NCBI GenBank assembly: GCA_030704615.1
Contig: CM060734.1
Coordinates: 47,926,001-47,990,000, forward strand
Source of the DNA: Takakia lepidozioides
Lineage: Eukaryota > Plantae > Bryophyta
Length of the DNA: 64,000 nt
Direction of reading: 5' to 3'
Position 1 is the first letter of the stretch. Each line of letters begins with the position of its first letter. A program made the translations under genes and the position numbers. Below, one piece after another: positions 1 through 12,750 of the stretch. The notes under the pieces were generated by a model. It saw only the letters and a list, made by a program, of their open reading frames with translations. It ran no database searches and was not told the DNA's origin.

Positions 1-1867
1 ATCTATAGAACTGTGGCTTTCTCTCTCAAGGTTGATGCTATACCGCTTTGCTAGGAAGTTAGGTGCAAAGTGCAATGTAACAGTATGTTATATTCCTCTA
101 CTTCACCTGCATTTCCAAACAAGGTGTCACTGTTAAACCTTATGGCTATCTTTCTTGCTTGTCTACTGTGTGTAAGTCGGCATATTTTTGGCTACCCAAA
201 GACTGGATCTCACAACTGGCTTGTTTTGCAACTGCCCTTGGCAAATGACCATCCTAATTGCAAAATGCAGTTCTAACATTATGTAGATATAGTCTACTCT
301 GCCCACCACAGTCCAGTTTTCTTAATAGTAGACACCAGAGTCATAGAGCGATCATTTGAGAGACAGCGGAACGAGCTGCTAAAAGAGGGTGAGCAAGTGA
401 CAGAGACAGAGGATTTGCAGATAAGAGGATATGGACCACAGCTGGAGAGAGAGCAAGTAAGTGAGGCGGTATCTTATAACTAGCAAAGCAATATTGGTGC
501 AGGCTGGAGGCTGGTCAAATCAGGACCACACATGGCATGGTGGAGAAGAGAAAGTAAGGAAAGGAGAGCAGGGAAAGAAACAGAAAGGTAAGCAGGGTGC
601 AAGACACATCAATCTAATGCAAGATTGAACCAGGAGACAAAGACATGAGTGACATCAGCCATGCAAATCTAACTGTTGACAACCAACTCAAACTACTATT
701 TTCTCACAGTTTCTACCATTTTACTTGTGAAGGTATGAGCACTTTGAATGAAGCCAGTGTCAATTGTGACAGGCTGTGTACAAAAAACAACTTGGTGAAC
801 ATATCATGAAAAGATTAAAATCCCGTGCAACGACAAATGAACTGAACACTGTACTCTCTACCCACAAATATACGAACTCCAGAGATTGGAAGCACCCCTC
901 CTCCAGGATCTGTCAAATTCATTAGAGAGAGACTTGGAGAGGACAGAAACAACAACCACTTCCAAAACCATGTCCTACACATTTCACCAACAGTGTCTGC
1001 ACTGACACCAATTGAATAATTAATCGGTTAAATTAACAAAGTGATAGAGAGCCTCCCAATTGTCACCTTCTCAGGGTGGGCTCCCACAATCTACAGATAG
1101 AGACTGGCAAATGGGGAAACCTACGACGGAGAACCGCCTATGCCCAGCTTGCATAGGCGAGTTATCCTACGGACAGGCAACCAGCAGCAGGCCTTGAGAA
1201 GACCAGGGAGTGTGCTAGAAGGTAGTCTACACCAGTGGCTTCCATCCTGCAGCACTCCACTTTCGTGCTTCACTTCTATGCAACTGATACAAAAGCTGCT
1301 TGCAAAAGAAGGTGCGAAGCAGAGGGGAAGCATTTGCAGCTGACATGTCAGCTCCAGATCATAGGGAGGACAACAGTGCAATAGCATTATCAGCAGGATC
1401 TAGGTTGGACCATAAACAAAGGACGTAGGGAAATTGACAAATGCATAGAAGCCCTGGCTTATCTTCATTCGGGAGACGATTAGACAAGAGCTGAAGGAGC
1501 GGTTGCAATACTGAAGAACTTTGACTGAAAAACATATCTAGGTTATATCTGTCCCATATTATCAAACGCTGAGCCTATTTTATTCTTCTCTTAACGACTG
1601 CGACCAAGTCATTTTTGGCTGACTGGTTCAAAAATGCAAATAGCAAAATGCACATAGCAATGAAGCTCTACCTAGAGCTTGCATGACTTGGTTCGATCAA
1701 ACAAGAGGAACTCAGTTCTTCTGGTATCAAACACAACCCCGTGTGTTATGCCTTATGGCAGCCTTCGGGCCCCCAAGGGTTTTAATTTTTTTCCCTTCCA
1801 ATAATTATAAATAAAGCTCCAAAGGGCTTCCACCCCTTTCCCCTAAAATAAAATTTAAAAATATATA

Positions 1868-3584
1868 TATAGTTCAATTACATATTAAGTTAAAACTCTT
1901 AAGATCATACTGATTAATGAGTTACTGATGGGCTTTGGCAAGACAAGAGTTGGTAAACAAAAGCCCAACTTATAGAGTTTTAAGGTTGGTTAGTGGCACA
2001 AAAATTTCGAGAATTCCATTGCTTAGCTGATTGTGACTTAGATTCTTGCATTCATGCAAGAGGCTTGGTGTCAATCCAACAGCCCAGAGAGAACCATTTT
2101 GATATACGTCGTTGCTAGACTTGCAATGCCTCAATTTCCTTGCAAATATATGGAGGCATAGAAAAGTCTCATTAGGAGAAGACCCCCATAGTTCCATCTC
2201 AACAGAAAGACTTCAAAGTTAATTTCATCGTAGAGCAAGCTTCCCACCTATGAGATGGGGAATGCACGAGATGGCAACACGTATGAAGAAATGTTGTAAA
2301 GCAACATGAAAACCTACTGTATGTCACCTTGATAGACAATTGCTGCGATGGTATGATGGAGAACACGACGTCCTAAAAAAAGAGCAGATTTTGGTTATTG
2401 TCAAACATGTACATACTAGCAGGAACAAAGAAACAAAGAATTCAACATTTCAACTGAATAAGGGTATCATTGGCTTATAGCTCCCGAACGAATGGAGACA
2501 ATTGGTAAGACAAATTTCCTTGAATATTGTTATTGCTCACATCACTGCATCACAAACGTGCACAATATTGTAAGCTGGGACACAAATAGGTGAAAATGGA
2601 TGTACAACATATCAGGTTGCCAAAAGGGCCTAGCGAACAAGTCCAGTCCGCCGAAGGCCTTGTGAGGCACCAAGCTTTGGTACTGGAGGGTAGCATAACG
2701 GTATCTGACATGGAGACATGCTGGCATTTGAAGTGTAAGCCAGGCACATGCGAGCACTGAAAGTTGCAATAGGATCTAGTCCGTTTGAATGATGGCAATG
2801 GGCTTGCAAGGGTCGGCCCCTTGTAAGTGGTCACTACGCACACCTTACCAGTTCTGAAAATGAAAAGTTGGAGAGACTTGTCCAAATGGCAGGTGTACAA
2901 GGAAGACACATACAGAGAAAGCTTTTCTTGATGTAAGATATATGCTGCATTCACAACTCCTCTGCTGTACATATGATGGTGTTTTTCCTCTTCACTATAT
3001 TTTCATCCTCTACTCTTTTATTTGTAAATACTGCACACCATTATCAATCCTCCCTTTGCTTTCTGATACTCAGTCGGAGTTTCTAGAGGAAGTAGAGGCA
3101 GTTCCAACTTGAAAGTCCCAAGCCAGACAGACTGGAGCACAAAAGGTGACAGACTAAGTAGTGCTTGTGAGCAAGCTCATCAAAGTATCACAGATTGTCT
3201 GCCAAGGCAAACAACTCATTGCTCTTCCCATACCCCCAATGAACCCCACAGCTAGCAACCCCAAGCTGACCACTGTTCCAAAACTTACAATCATCAAAGT
3301 AAGGGTCCACATGTTTGTCACTTTGCCTTTCAAAAATATATCGAATTAGTGTACAACCCTCCCCCAATAACTGCCACTAACTAATATCTGCTTTGACATG
3401 GGAGATACACTGATCTTGAGACAAAGAGTTCAATCAAATTTCATTATGGCAGACCATCCCCTTACACCTACCATCAGCCTACTCTAATATTTCCAGTATG
3501 CCTACCGAGACCAAGTGAGAGACAATGACAATTTATAGTTCAATTACATATTAAGTTAAAACTCTTAAGATACTGATTAATGAG
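1868..3584 (+). repeat. ~50 bp direct repeat (1868-1921 and 3534-3584)
   Basis: TAGTTCAATTACATATTAAGTTAAAACTCTTAAGAT(CAT)ACTGATTAATGAG is present twice. Confidence 0.8.
1974..2544 (-). pseudogene. Two dead LRR exons resembling STRUBBELIG-receptor family (LRR-V) kinase exons
   Basis: 2479-2544 (66 nt) reads DVSNNNIQGNLSYQLSPFVRE(L), resembling the short SRF GxIPYQLPP exon. 1974-2045 (72 nt) reads NLSHNQLSNGILEIFVPLTNLKT(L). Both donors are mutated GTAAG>ATAAG and one acceptor CAG>CAA. Confidence 0.6.
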
Positions 3585-3722
3585 CATTCATATCACTCAC
3601 AAAAAACAAAATCTAACGAGTACCAAAAAAAACACTAGGGCCAGAAGGGAGACCTAATGTTCTCCATGCGATAATAATGAAGTTGCTTTTCTCTGGCTTC
3701 TTTCCGTTCACAGCTGCTGCCA

Positions 3723-5420
3723 CATAACGGTGGTCCTGGTGCAATACCCGCACTCTCCTCCTCTCCTGATGGTACAAAAGCCTCTACCCAGGCTTGTTGC
3801 ACCCGTCGATAAGCAACCTGCTGCAAATCCTTGCTCGTACCCCACAATGGAGTGTGAGCAACCATGGCAGGCAACTCCGCCATACCATGCATGTCATCCT
3901 GCTCTGCTGGAGGTGACACATCCTCTGCATGGGCATTGTCTTCCAGCAACTCTCCAGGCCAACTAACTGCAACTGTAAAAGCGGCTAGTGTTGGCATCTT
4001 GCCCCGTTGGGCAGCCGCAATACCCCCAATGAATGTCACAGGGAGCTGTGCACGACGACCATCCCCTGACTGCCATCCAGGCCTGTAGGATGCTGACTCC
4101 TCCCAAAAGTCCAGGGTGAAACCCATGGGATATAACACTGCCCCACCAACGAGGACATCGTAAGAGACCGCGTCTGTCACAATGGCCTTGACCCGCATCA
4201 CTGAGCCATCTACAGGATGATCCCGATGCACACCTTAGTAGTTCCTCCGCAACTCCTGGAAGAACTCCACCACCGGGTTGAATCTAGGCACATGTGTTGT
4301 AGTCGTGGCAGGAGGAGTAGTAGCACCTTTTGAACTGGTACCACCTGCAGAAGTACCGGCACTACTTGTTCCACTACTAGTGCTGGTAGTGGGAGATATT
4401 GGTACTGATGCAGCTACTGGTCGCGTCATGCCTCGAGTAATGGAGACGTAGTCAGGTGATCAATACATCCTCCACTCCTCAATCTCTGCTTCATGTCCTC
4501 GCCTGAACTCGTGGTAATCGTCCATAGGCGGGCCTTCCAAATGCTGGAACAGTCACTTCCACGCCATGAATGGGGTGAATAGCTGTGGATTGCGCATCTG
4601 CTGCAAATCACACCAGCTGTCGAACTCCTGGATAAAGTCATCCAACTCGATTGTGCCCACAGTTCCAGAGTACCTACGAGGCCCCTTGGTAGCTCCATAC
4701 ATCTCCTCCATGTCGTCCCACAACAATGGCGAATGAAACTGCACACCTTTTGATGAAGCCTCCGAGTCTTTGTCTGACTCTGCACTAGTTGAGGGTGGAG
4801 GTGAGGGTGGTCTGAAACGAACACTTCGTCTGGTGAACCCACTCTCACTGCTACTGCCTGTAGCCGTACTCCCCTTAGAACCCCTGGGTAACTCCGTGAT
4901 GACACTCACAATGTGTCCCCCACGTGACACTATAAGGCTCTATTACTAATTCTAATAATGACACGGATAGACACCTGTTGCAGTTTAAGGGTCATATCCC
5001 AGTGGCTCAGGGCACCTGCACCTGCATCCACCGCAAGAACTCCTATGGTTGGCTGGTCATCAACCCAGTCTCACCATAGAAGAAACACTGGTGGTCTTGC
5101 TGGTCATCACTCCAGCCTCACCACCGACAACATACTCTAGGATTGACTGGTGATCAAATCCGGCCTAATCCCTATGAAAGCAAGCGCCCACACAAAACCA
5201 ACATGACGCACAGTCAAGCATGCAGGTGTTGGGGGGGATCCAAACACAAGAAATCAAAACATCAACACCCCCACACCAAAATCCATCTGCAGTGCTGACC
5301 TGCAGAATATCCCAGCCCAAAACCCCGGACTGACTGGCCTCCACCAAGAGAGGCTTTGGCAACTACAAGTAGAAGGTAATAAAACTAGTACAGAGATGGA
5401 GGGGAAGAATAGAAGCCCGA
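3723..5420 (-). mobile_element. Ty3/gypsy LTR-retrotransposon remnant, copy 1 (gag N-terminus joined to a protease C-terminal half)
   Basis: The gag-like MEEMYGATKGPRRYSGTVGTIELDDFIQEFDSWCDLQQMRNPQLF is near-identical to copies at 59861-61033 and 63203-63886. It has a premature stop. 3723-4231 reads VKAIVTDAVSYDVLVGGAVLYPMGFTLDF, like a retropepsin C-terminal motif. The leader at ~5000-5370 resembles ~61155-61510. Confidence 0.8.
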
Positions 5421-5604
5421 CCAAGCAAGATCTAATCCTGATCTATGCTATCAACTGCCAGACTTCTCTCAAAGTGCCTCGCTCTGCATGATGGTAAGGT
5501 GTAGGAGGTATATCTATGTCCAGAAACCTGCCACTAACCTTGTCCCAAGCTACAGTAGCTTGCTCTAACCAACCCTCCTCCTCTTTCTGCCAAGTAGAGA
5601 CAAA

Positions 5605-6192
5605 TCAATATCCCCCTATCTCCCGCTCACCGAACATTAAAGAAAACAAAGGTAGGGTCTGATAGTCTCTCAACTCAAAAGCTTTGAGACGGTTGCGGGT
5701 GTCCTCATTGCGAATGACTGCATCTCCTTCCCGCAGAACAAACTTGTCATTGCTAATGAACCCCCGCTCGTGATTGCCTTGTGCAGAGCGTGTCTGGCTG
5801 CAACCGTGTCTGATTGCACAAACTTGTGTAGCTCCTGCTCCTCTGCTCCAGTACACCACAGCCTTGTGGCTGAACACCTTGGTCCCCGGGGCTGTCTTTG
5901 GCTGTGTTCCAAGCCTAGCTTTCACCCACTTTGGTATTTCACTTACAGCTGCAGAACTGCTGGCTCCAACAGAGTTCTGACTGTCCAAAGCAATATTGAG
6001 GCCCTCAACGCCAACTACAGCAGTCTGTTGTCTACTGCTAATGCCTGACTCCCAGTATGCAATCAACTCGTCCAACTGTTCTCCACTCAAATCAGTCTGA
6101 GTTCCTTGGGAAACATAAATCCTGTCCCCTTGTGTGCACATGCTAAGAGAAGAGACCTGCCCTTCAATTACGTCCTCATTTCCCCCAGCCAT
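5605..6192 (-). CDS. 195-aa ORF of unknown function upstream of gypsy gag
   Basis: Open ATG-to-stop frame on the same strand as, and just 5' of, the gag leader. No domain recognised. Confidence 0.35.
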   Translation of the reverse strand: MAGGNEDVIEGQVSSLSMCTQGDRIYVSQGTQTDLSGEQLDELIAYWESGISSRQQTAVVGVEGLNIALDSQNSVGASSSAAVSEIPKWVKARLGTQPKTAPGTKVFSHKAVVYWSRGAGATQVCAIRHGCSQTRSAQGNHERGFISNDKFVLREGDAVIRNEDTRNRLKAFELRDYQTLPLFSLMFGEREIGGY

Positions 6193-7396
6193 ACAAGGAA
6201 TACATCCCCAGATTTATCTCTCATGTAGACCAGAACAGGTTCTAGAAACATGATTGTGGATCTTTCATGGCACACTCATTCTCTAAAAATTCCATAGATT
6301 TTTAGCAGAGTCCCAAAAACAAAAACCAGGTCTAGCTAGGTAGATATCCCCTTTCTGCAGCTATCCCCTCAAAAACTGGGTCAAACGGAGCTCATTTGAC
6401 AAAGATATGACCAACCAGGCTCTTTAAACATAACACATGTTTTTTTTTTTTTAACAAGACAAAACAAATACAAGGAAAACTCTTTTTTTTTTTTTTTTTT
6501 TTCAATACTTGGCTTGGTTCCCTGTTCCCTGGTTCCCTAAGAATTCCTTAGATTCTTAACTCAATCTCTCCACAGTGGAATTACCATGATAAAGGTAATG
6601 TCCTCATTGGTATGCCAGATTTTCAGAACGAGAACACCTTGTTGAAGCTGCTGCTATCAATGCCATCTTATCGTTGTTGTATGAGAGCCCATGTCTACTG
6701 CCCTGTCAGTGTGACCACAACCAGGATGGCTTTCCGCAACCATTCATGTACTGGGCAAATACATATTAACCACAGCAATAAGACCATCACGTTCAATTTG
6801 TGATTTCCAAGGTGGTGCTAATACCTTCATCGACCATTGGCATATACCCCAAGAGCAGCCTGAAGATCGCCATAGCAGAGAGGGTTACAGTATACGCTGG
6901 TGCTGTAAACGCTCAAGCTCTCCAGGACCTCAAACACCATTCTAAACTGGCTTAGGGTGGTTATTACATCCCCATGACCAGGGACATGCACAGAACCAAG
7001 GCGATGGGATGAAGCTGCCCCATCTTGAGAACTGATAGCCCCGCCCATCTTTGCATGGTCGCAAAATTAGTCTTCTTGCTTGGACACAAGCTGATCTGGA
7101 AAATCTAAGTAGGAAAAAGGAACTTGAGGTGATTACATAAGTAATCAATAACTAGGATGCCCAAGTTCACTGATAAATCGACTTATCATGAACTCATGAA
7201 GGAAACATGTTCATGGCACCCCCATAATACACTAGGTTCGGGTTATGTTTGATTGTTCTGAACAACATGAATACTTAGAGTATTCCTACACCTCCTCCCT
7301 TGAGTATCCACCTTGGATAGCTAAAGGATGGGTGTATAAAATTCTTTCAGCGATATGGGATTGCCGATGCGGCAATCATGAGTCTTCTATACTCTT

Positions 7397-8086
7397 CTAG
7401 TCTCCGACCTACAATTGGTGCCATCGCTTCGCTGCTTTCGGGAGCATAGCTCATCGATTGCAAGGGTCCATTTACAGATTAAGGTGCCACTACCTTTTAG
7501 ATGCCACTGCCTTAGTCCTTCCATCAATTTTCTTTCCTGCATCTGTTTATGGTTCAGAGTTCTTCGTTCTGTCTTAAGTTTTCTCTCTTCTGGATCATGT
7601 TTGGCGGTGAAGGATGGGACTTCTAGTGATGACTGAAGCCTGTCGGAGACTAGAGGTCGCGGGAAGGTCGGTCGCTCTAGACTAATCTCCGACCTACAAT
7701 TGCAGTGCCATCGCCTCGCTGCTTTCGGGAGCATAGCTCATCGTTCCAAGGGTCCATTTGCAGATTAAGGTACCGCTACCTTTTAGATGTCAATGCCTTA
7801 GTCCTTCCATCAATTTTCTTTCCTGCATCTGTTTATGGTTCAGAGTTTTATCCTGAGTTTTCTCTCTTCTACTGTCTGGCGGTGAAGGAGGGGACTTCTT
7901 CTGATGACTGAAGCCTATCGGAGACTAGAGGTCGGAAGGTCGGTCGCTCTAGACTAGTCTCCGACCTACAATTGTAGTGCCATCGCGGCCTCGCTGCTTT
8001 CGAGAGCATAGCTCATCGTTCCCAAGGGTCTATTTGCAGGTTAAGGCGCCACTACCTTTCAACTGCCACTACCTTAGTCCTTCCAT
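7397..8086 (+). repeat. Tandem repeat, ~270-285 bp unit x2.5
   Basis: Units begin CTA(G/A)TCTCCGACCTACAATTG at 7397, 7682 and 7954 with colinear internal sequence. Confidence 0.9.
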
Positions 8087-8179
8087 TTTCATACTTCACA
8101 CAACAATATTCATCGACAACCATCAACTTTAAATCCCCTCTAAGACGGTAGAAATTTGGCCTTGATACTCATACATAGG

Positions 8180-9955
8180 TCTTGGGTGTGAAGTGCAGGA
8201 AAGGGAACTAGGTCCAAAGCACTCACTGTGGATGTCTCACTGGTCAAGTTGAGAAATTACACCAGTGAGAACCTGAAAACCTTGCTAGAAGTCAGACATC
8301 AAACAACACTCTTTTCCTGCACATTTCTGGAGAGCCCATGTTACTACGCACACAGGGCTACCAACACCAGCAATACTTAAATGCTATGTGGAAGAGATCA
8401 GTGTTCACTAGTAGGTGTGTCCACAGACACAAGCCTGAATGAAGTAAGGTAGACATATATGTTATATTCAAAGCACTTCAGCAAAATGCATCTAGAGGGA
8501 GCAAACCCTTGGATGCCCAATAGCAAACAAACTTAGGTGGATTAGACACTTGTAGAAGAATGTGGGATGACTGAGCCTACCTGAACAACCAGAGTGCACT
8601 GTGGATCCGCCAGCAGACTTCTTGTGTGGATTGCTAATGGTGATAACGAAAAAAGAGGATCTACACACATGCCAAGGAGCCCAGCAGTTTTCAATGTGAT
8701 GTATGCAAACTTCATCATATAAGAGTACTAACAAGCTGAAATCAATACTCTAGGTGTTCTCTGAATAATGCCAGATCTCTTGTTTATTTGGAAAGTGTCT
8801 GACTCTCAAGACATTAAGACATAGAAATTGGTCCTCTCTGATTACTACTAGTGTTCTTGTTTATTGGAAAAGAGTCGGACTCTCAAGAACGAATACATCC
8901 TCTCACACACTGCCTGTCTTAGTTCCGGTCACTACATGTAGCTGACTGTGCGATGACAGGCAATTGTATCACATCCGTACTATCAAGAGATCTAAATTCT
9001 GCCACATTCTCTTTACCATGTGAACCACAGCCATAGTCAAATTCATGCCAGATAGAGCCTGTATTCACAGTGTTGAATCCCAGCCCTTAAAACACACATT
9101 TCTGTCCTCGAGCAAATGGCATACATTAGCAATTTTGGGATTTGCTTCAGAACTCGAAGACTGTGTTTAATATCCAATCAGTACATTCCTCTGCACAAAG
9201 AATTGACTATCACTTTTCATCACTGTCTCCGCGCTGCCCTATACTCTCTAAACATATCCAGGTCGTGGACTTCTATACAATGAGGATTGGAACAACCTGC
9301 CCTAAAGTTTGGGGAGAAAAGTCCACCCCATTCTTCTCACTACTAGTCTTTGGAGGTGCCACACAGTCGTCAGCTCCTGACCCAGCTCCTTCTTCCTTCA
9401 ATGCTGCCATTGGGAATTGAATGGTGCCTTTAGTGTTATCCCACCCATGTCTGCTCTTCAGCACATCTCTCACACTGCAAGTATGATTGTTACGTCAGTC
9501 TGATTGATCGTAACATGACAGAACGGTAATGCAGACAAACCTACAACCACTGGCGATGAAAATTGAAAGCCCTGTTTCATGTAGGAATTCTAGGAAATTC
9601 ATTTGGAAATTACCAAACCAGCGGGCACCACAAACCCCTCGTGAAGGAATGAACGCAATCACACCTAAACCCCCATTCCAGTGAAAACTGAGACCCTACT
9701 TTGTCGTAGCGTATCTCGTTTATCTACAAGCGAAAACATGACCGAATTCATGCGGCCCACCTGCAAAAGCTGATTGTCTTCAAATCCTCGACATGAAAAC
9801 CCCCGAACGTGATGTGGTTGGGCTTCACTCCAGGGTCTTGAGATTCATGCAAAGCTCTTGGGTGTGAAGTGCAGGAAAGGGAACTAGGCCCAAAGTACTC
9901 ATTGTATGGATGTCTCACTGGTCAAGCTGAGAAATTACACCAGTGAAAACTTGAA
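8180..9955 (+). repeat. ~100 bp dispersed duplicate (8180-8277 and 9857-9955)
   Basis: TCTTGGGTGTGAAGTGCAGGAAAGGGAACTAGG...GAGAAATTACACCAGTGA occurs at both sites. Confidence 0.8.
8581..8660 (-). pseudogene. Orphan exon of an FMN-binding split-barrel / pyridoxamine 5'-phosphate oxidase family gene
   Basis: The tag|...|gtagg exon encodes PLFSLSPLAIHTRSLLADPQCTLVVQ, matching the recalled plant motif PIFSFSPLAIHTRNLLADPRCTLVVQ. No neighbouring exons were found. Confidence 0.65.
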
Positions 9956-10620
9956 CTCCTTCACAAGCTATTCCACAGTGTTTATTGCACCATAGTAAAT
10001 AGGTTCATGCGATCAACCACAAACAATTGCAAATTTCCCAGACTTGCACACGCATTGCAAACACAAACGAACGTGATGTGCATCATTTGCTCATAGGTCT
10101 CCAAAGCAATCCTACTACACCCATGCTTGTGATCGATGGTCGAGGCACTCGGTTCAACACTTGGCGAGCATCCATGATGCTCCCGCACTTAACAGACATG
10201 TTGACAAGGGTGTTGAGGAGAAAAACACTTGGCGTGAATCCACTTTGGATAATGTGAGTTTGCACCTCCTTTCCAGCTTCCAGACCTTTCTTCTTGATGC
10301 ACTTAAGCAAGAGACAGACAAACGTATCTGAATCTGCTGAAATACCTCCTACATTTGGCATACATGTCCACGAGGGTATTGTTCAGAATGACATTTGGTA
10401 CAATTCCAGCTTTCGCGATGCAACCATGCACCTCTTAGCCCTTTTCCAGGGCTGCCAGGCTTGCACATGCATTGCAAATGCACACAAACGAGATGGGGTT
10501 GGGCTTCACCCCTTCCCCCATCATTTGATCATAGGTCTCCAAAGTCACCATCCCACGTCCCTGCTGTGCATACCCTGCAAGCATCGCGTGCCACGATACC
10601 ACATCTCATTCAGCCATAGT
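9790..10620 (-). pseudogene. PLS-class PPR gene fragments
   Basis: Reads GVKPNPISFVCICNACASLAALEK, GLEAGKEVQTHIIQSGFTPSVFLLNTLVNMSVKCGSIMDARQV and GVKPNHITF, broken by frameshifts. Confidence 0.8.
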
Positions 10621-10831
10621 GTTGAAAACTCCCTTCGTATGCAGGTTCGAGCTGCACTAGGGGGGGAAAAGGCACAACTTTCGACTGAATTGGTAAGCTC
10701 CCAAATCACTCACTGGTCTTTGTGTGTGTGTCATCCAGTGCATCAATGGCAAGGTCAACAAAGCACAAAGAATGCAACACACAAACTGGAGGAGTTTTGG
10801 TCCCTGGATCTGAATAGCAACAGCACACGGG

Positions 10832-11290
10832 GGAGTAATGCTGGCTGATGAGATGGGGTTGGGAAAGACAATTTCAGCGTTTGCATTTCTCTCATCTCTC
10901 TATTGTGAGTTGAAGGCAAGGGCTCCTTGTCTGGTACTTGTTCCTCTCTCCACCATGCCCAACTGGCTGGCAGAGTTACATGGGCCCCTTTTCTGAATGC
11001 AATTGAGTACCATGGAAGCACCAGGCCAAGAGCTATGATTCATGAGTTTGAATCGCATGTCACACCCCCTGCTGGCTCTGGTCACCATGGCAAACAAGTA
11101 AGCCCCCGCACCTACAAATTCAATAATGCTGACCACTTATGAGATGGTCGTTGCAGATTCTAGCCAGCTTCGAGCAGTGCCCTGGGAAGTCCTGATAGTG
11201 GATGAGGGACACCGGCTTAAAAACTCACAGAGCAAATTGTTCACTTTCCTCAACACGTATTCATTTGGACATCGGGTGCTTCTTATGGGT
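10832..11290 (+). pseudogene. CHD3/CHR4-type SNF2 helicase fragment (motifs I-II)
   Basis: Reads MLADEMGLGKTIS...PCLVLVPLSTMPNW, WAPFLNAIEYHGS and TTYEMVVADSSQLRAVPWEVLIVDEGHRLKN, with frameshifts and no rest of gene. Confidence 0.85.
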
Positions 11291-12314
11291 GCTTCTTAGA
11301 GCTGAAATATATAGACTGATTGTTAAGACATTTGGCTCCACTTCAAGGTCTGGATCTGCCAAGAACACCTGTCTCGAGATGCTCGACAAGGACCTCATTT
11401 TCAGATCGTATACTGAAGGGTAAGGAAGCTCAAGCAAATGCTGCTGAGAATGATGCAGTCATGGGGGAGACAATGATACAGACATAGCTTTAACTACACA
11501 TATTGGGACAACCGATCATTGGCCACTTGCAGGTGAAGGGGACAATCAAAGGACCTGTAAATTCTCACAAACATATATCTACCTCGAATTAGGTGCTATT
11601 GGTTGAAGAGCCTTCCAACTTACAGACAGAACACACACACACTATATGTTTGCTGCTGGGAGGCGGGTCTGAAGATCTGACATCAGCGTAAAACATTGCT
11701 GTACCTTGTAAAATTCGGTGGGACTGATGCGTGAGAGAAAACTGCCATGAACCACCATGAATCGTATTTCAAATGCATCAAAAACCTGCCAACCTCCGTT
11801 GCTAATGAATTAATTCAAGAGTAAACGAGTACTAAGATCTTTAATTATATATCAGGAAAGCTGCCATCAAGGATCATATCTCTAGCCAATGACTCAACAG
11901 GTGATTGCACGCCAATGGTCACCAGACCTGTTCAGTAATGATGGCATTTCAATAGAAACGATGTAAACAAAAGTAGTTGCATCTCAACATTCTCCATTAC
12001 CTGTGCCAAGGTGGTGGCCTGAAGCCTATGCGAAGACAGACCCAGGAAAAGAGATGTTCCGGAATCAAAGTGATAGAATAGATTGAATGTCAAAAGAATG
12101 TGAGAAGATTCGCCTGCAGTCTCTGTCCCTAGATCATAACGAAACTTCAGGGACTGTACGAAACTATACACGACTCGCGTGAGCTGTGTCTTTCAGGTTC
12201 TTGTGCTTGAAATGTAGTTTGTTAAGGGGATGACACACATACCCACGCCCCAAGTGCTCCGACAGGTACGCCCTAGGGAATTACTTGGGGCAATATGGGC
12301 ACCTCAAAGTAAAA

Positions 12315-12385
12315 TGACGACGATGATGTGGCGTGACGACGATGATGTGGCGTGACGACGATGACGTGTTGACAATGACGTGGCA
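12315..12385 (+). repeat. 19-bp tandem repeat ending in a TGACGTGGC bZIP-type motif upstream of the PPTase gene
   Basis: TGACGACGATGATGTGGCG x2 plus a partial copy, with TGACGTGGCA at 12376-12385. Function is not shown. Confidence 0.5.
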
Positions 12386-12750
12386 CTATGGCACCCTATT
12401 CACGCTCCACGCTAAACTAGCTCTCGACCTTCGAAGATGAGGGTTGGAGAGGGGGGGGAATCCTGATCACTAGCGCTTCGTGTAAGGCAGACTGCATCGT
12501 GCTCGTATTACATTGTTGTAGATAAGAGCTTGGCACGAATTTGAAGACCAGTCCAGCTCTTTTGGTATTCCATATACGTGTGTCTGGAGCATATTCAAGG
12601 GTGGTAGAGACTAGAAACAGTAGAAGTGAGGAATCTTCTGTCCTGTGCTTTTGGGTATTAGGAATCGGAGAGGCACACAGACCGTTGAGATGCAGGGGGT
12701 GTTGTGATCTTTGCATAGGGCAGGAAGTGAGGGCCAGGATGTGGGTGGCC

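Noticed and set aside
1021-1570. Short Cys-containing ORFs, possibly TE-derived
   Set aside because: No motif I can assign with confidence.
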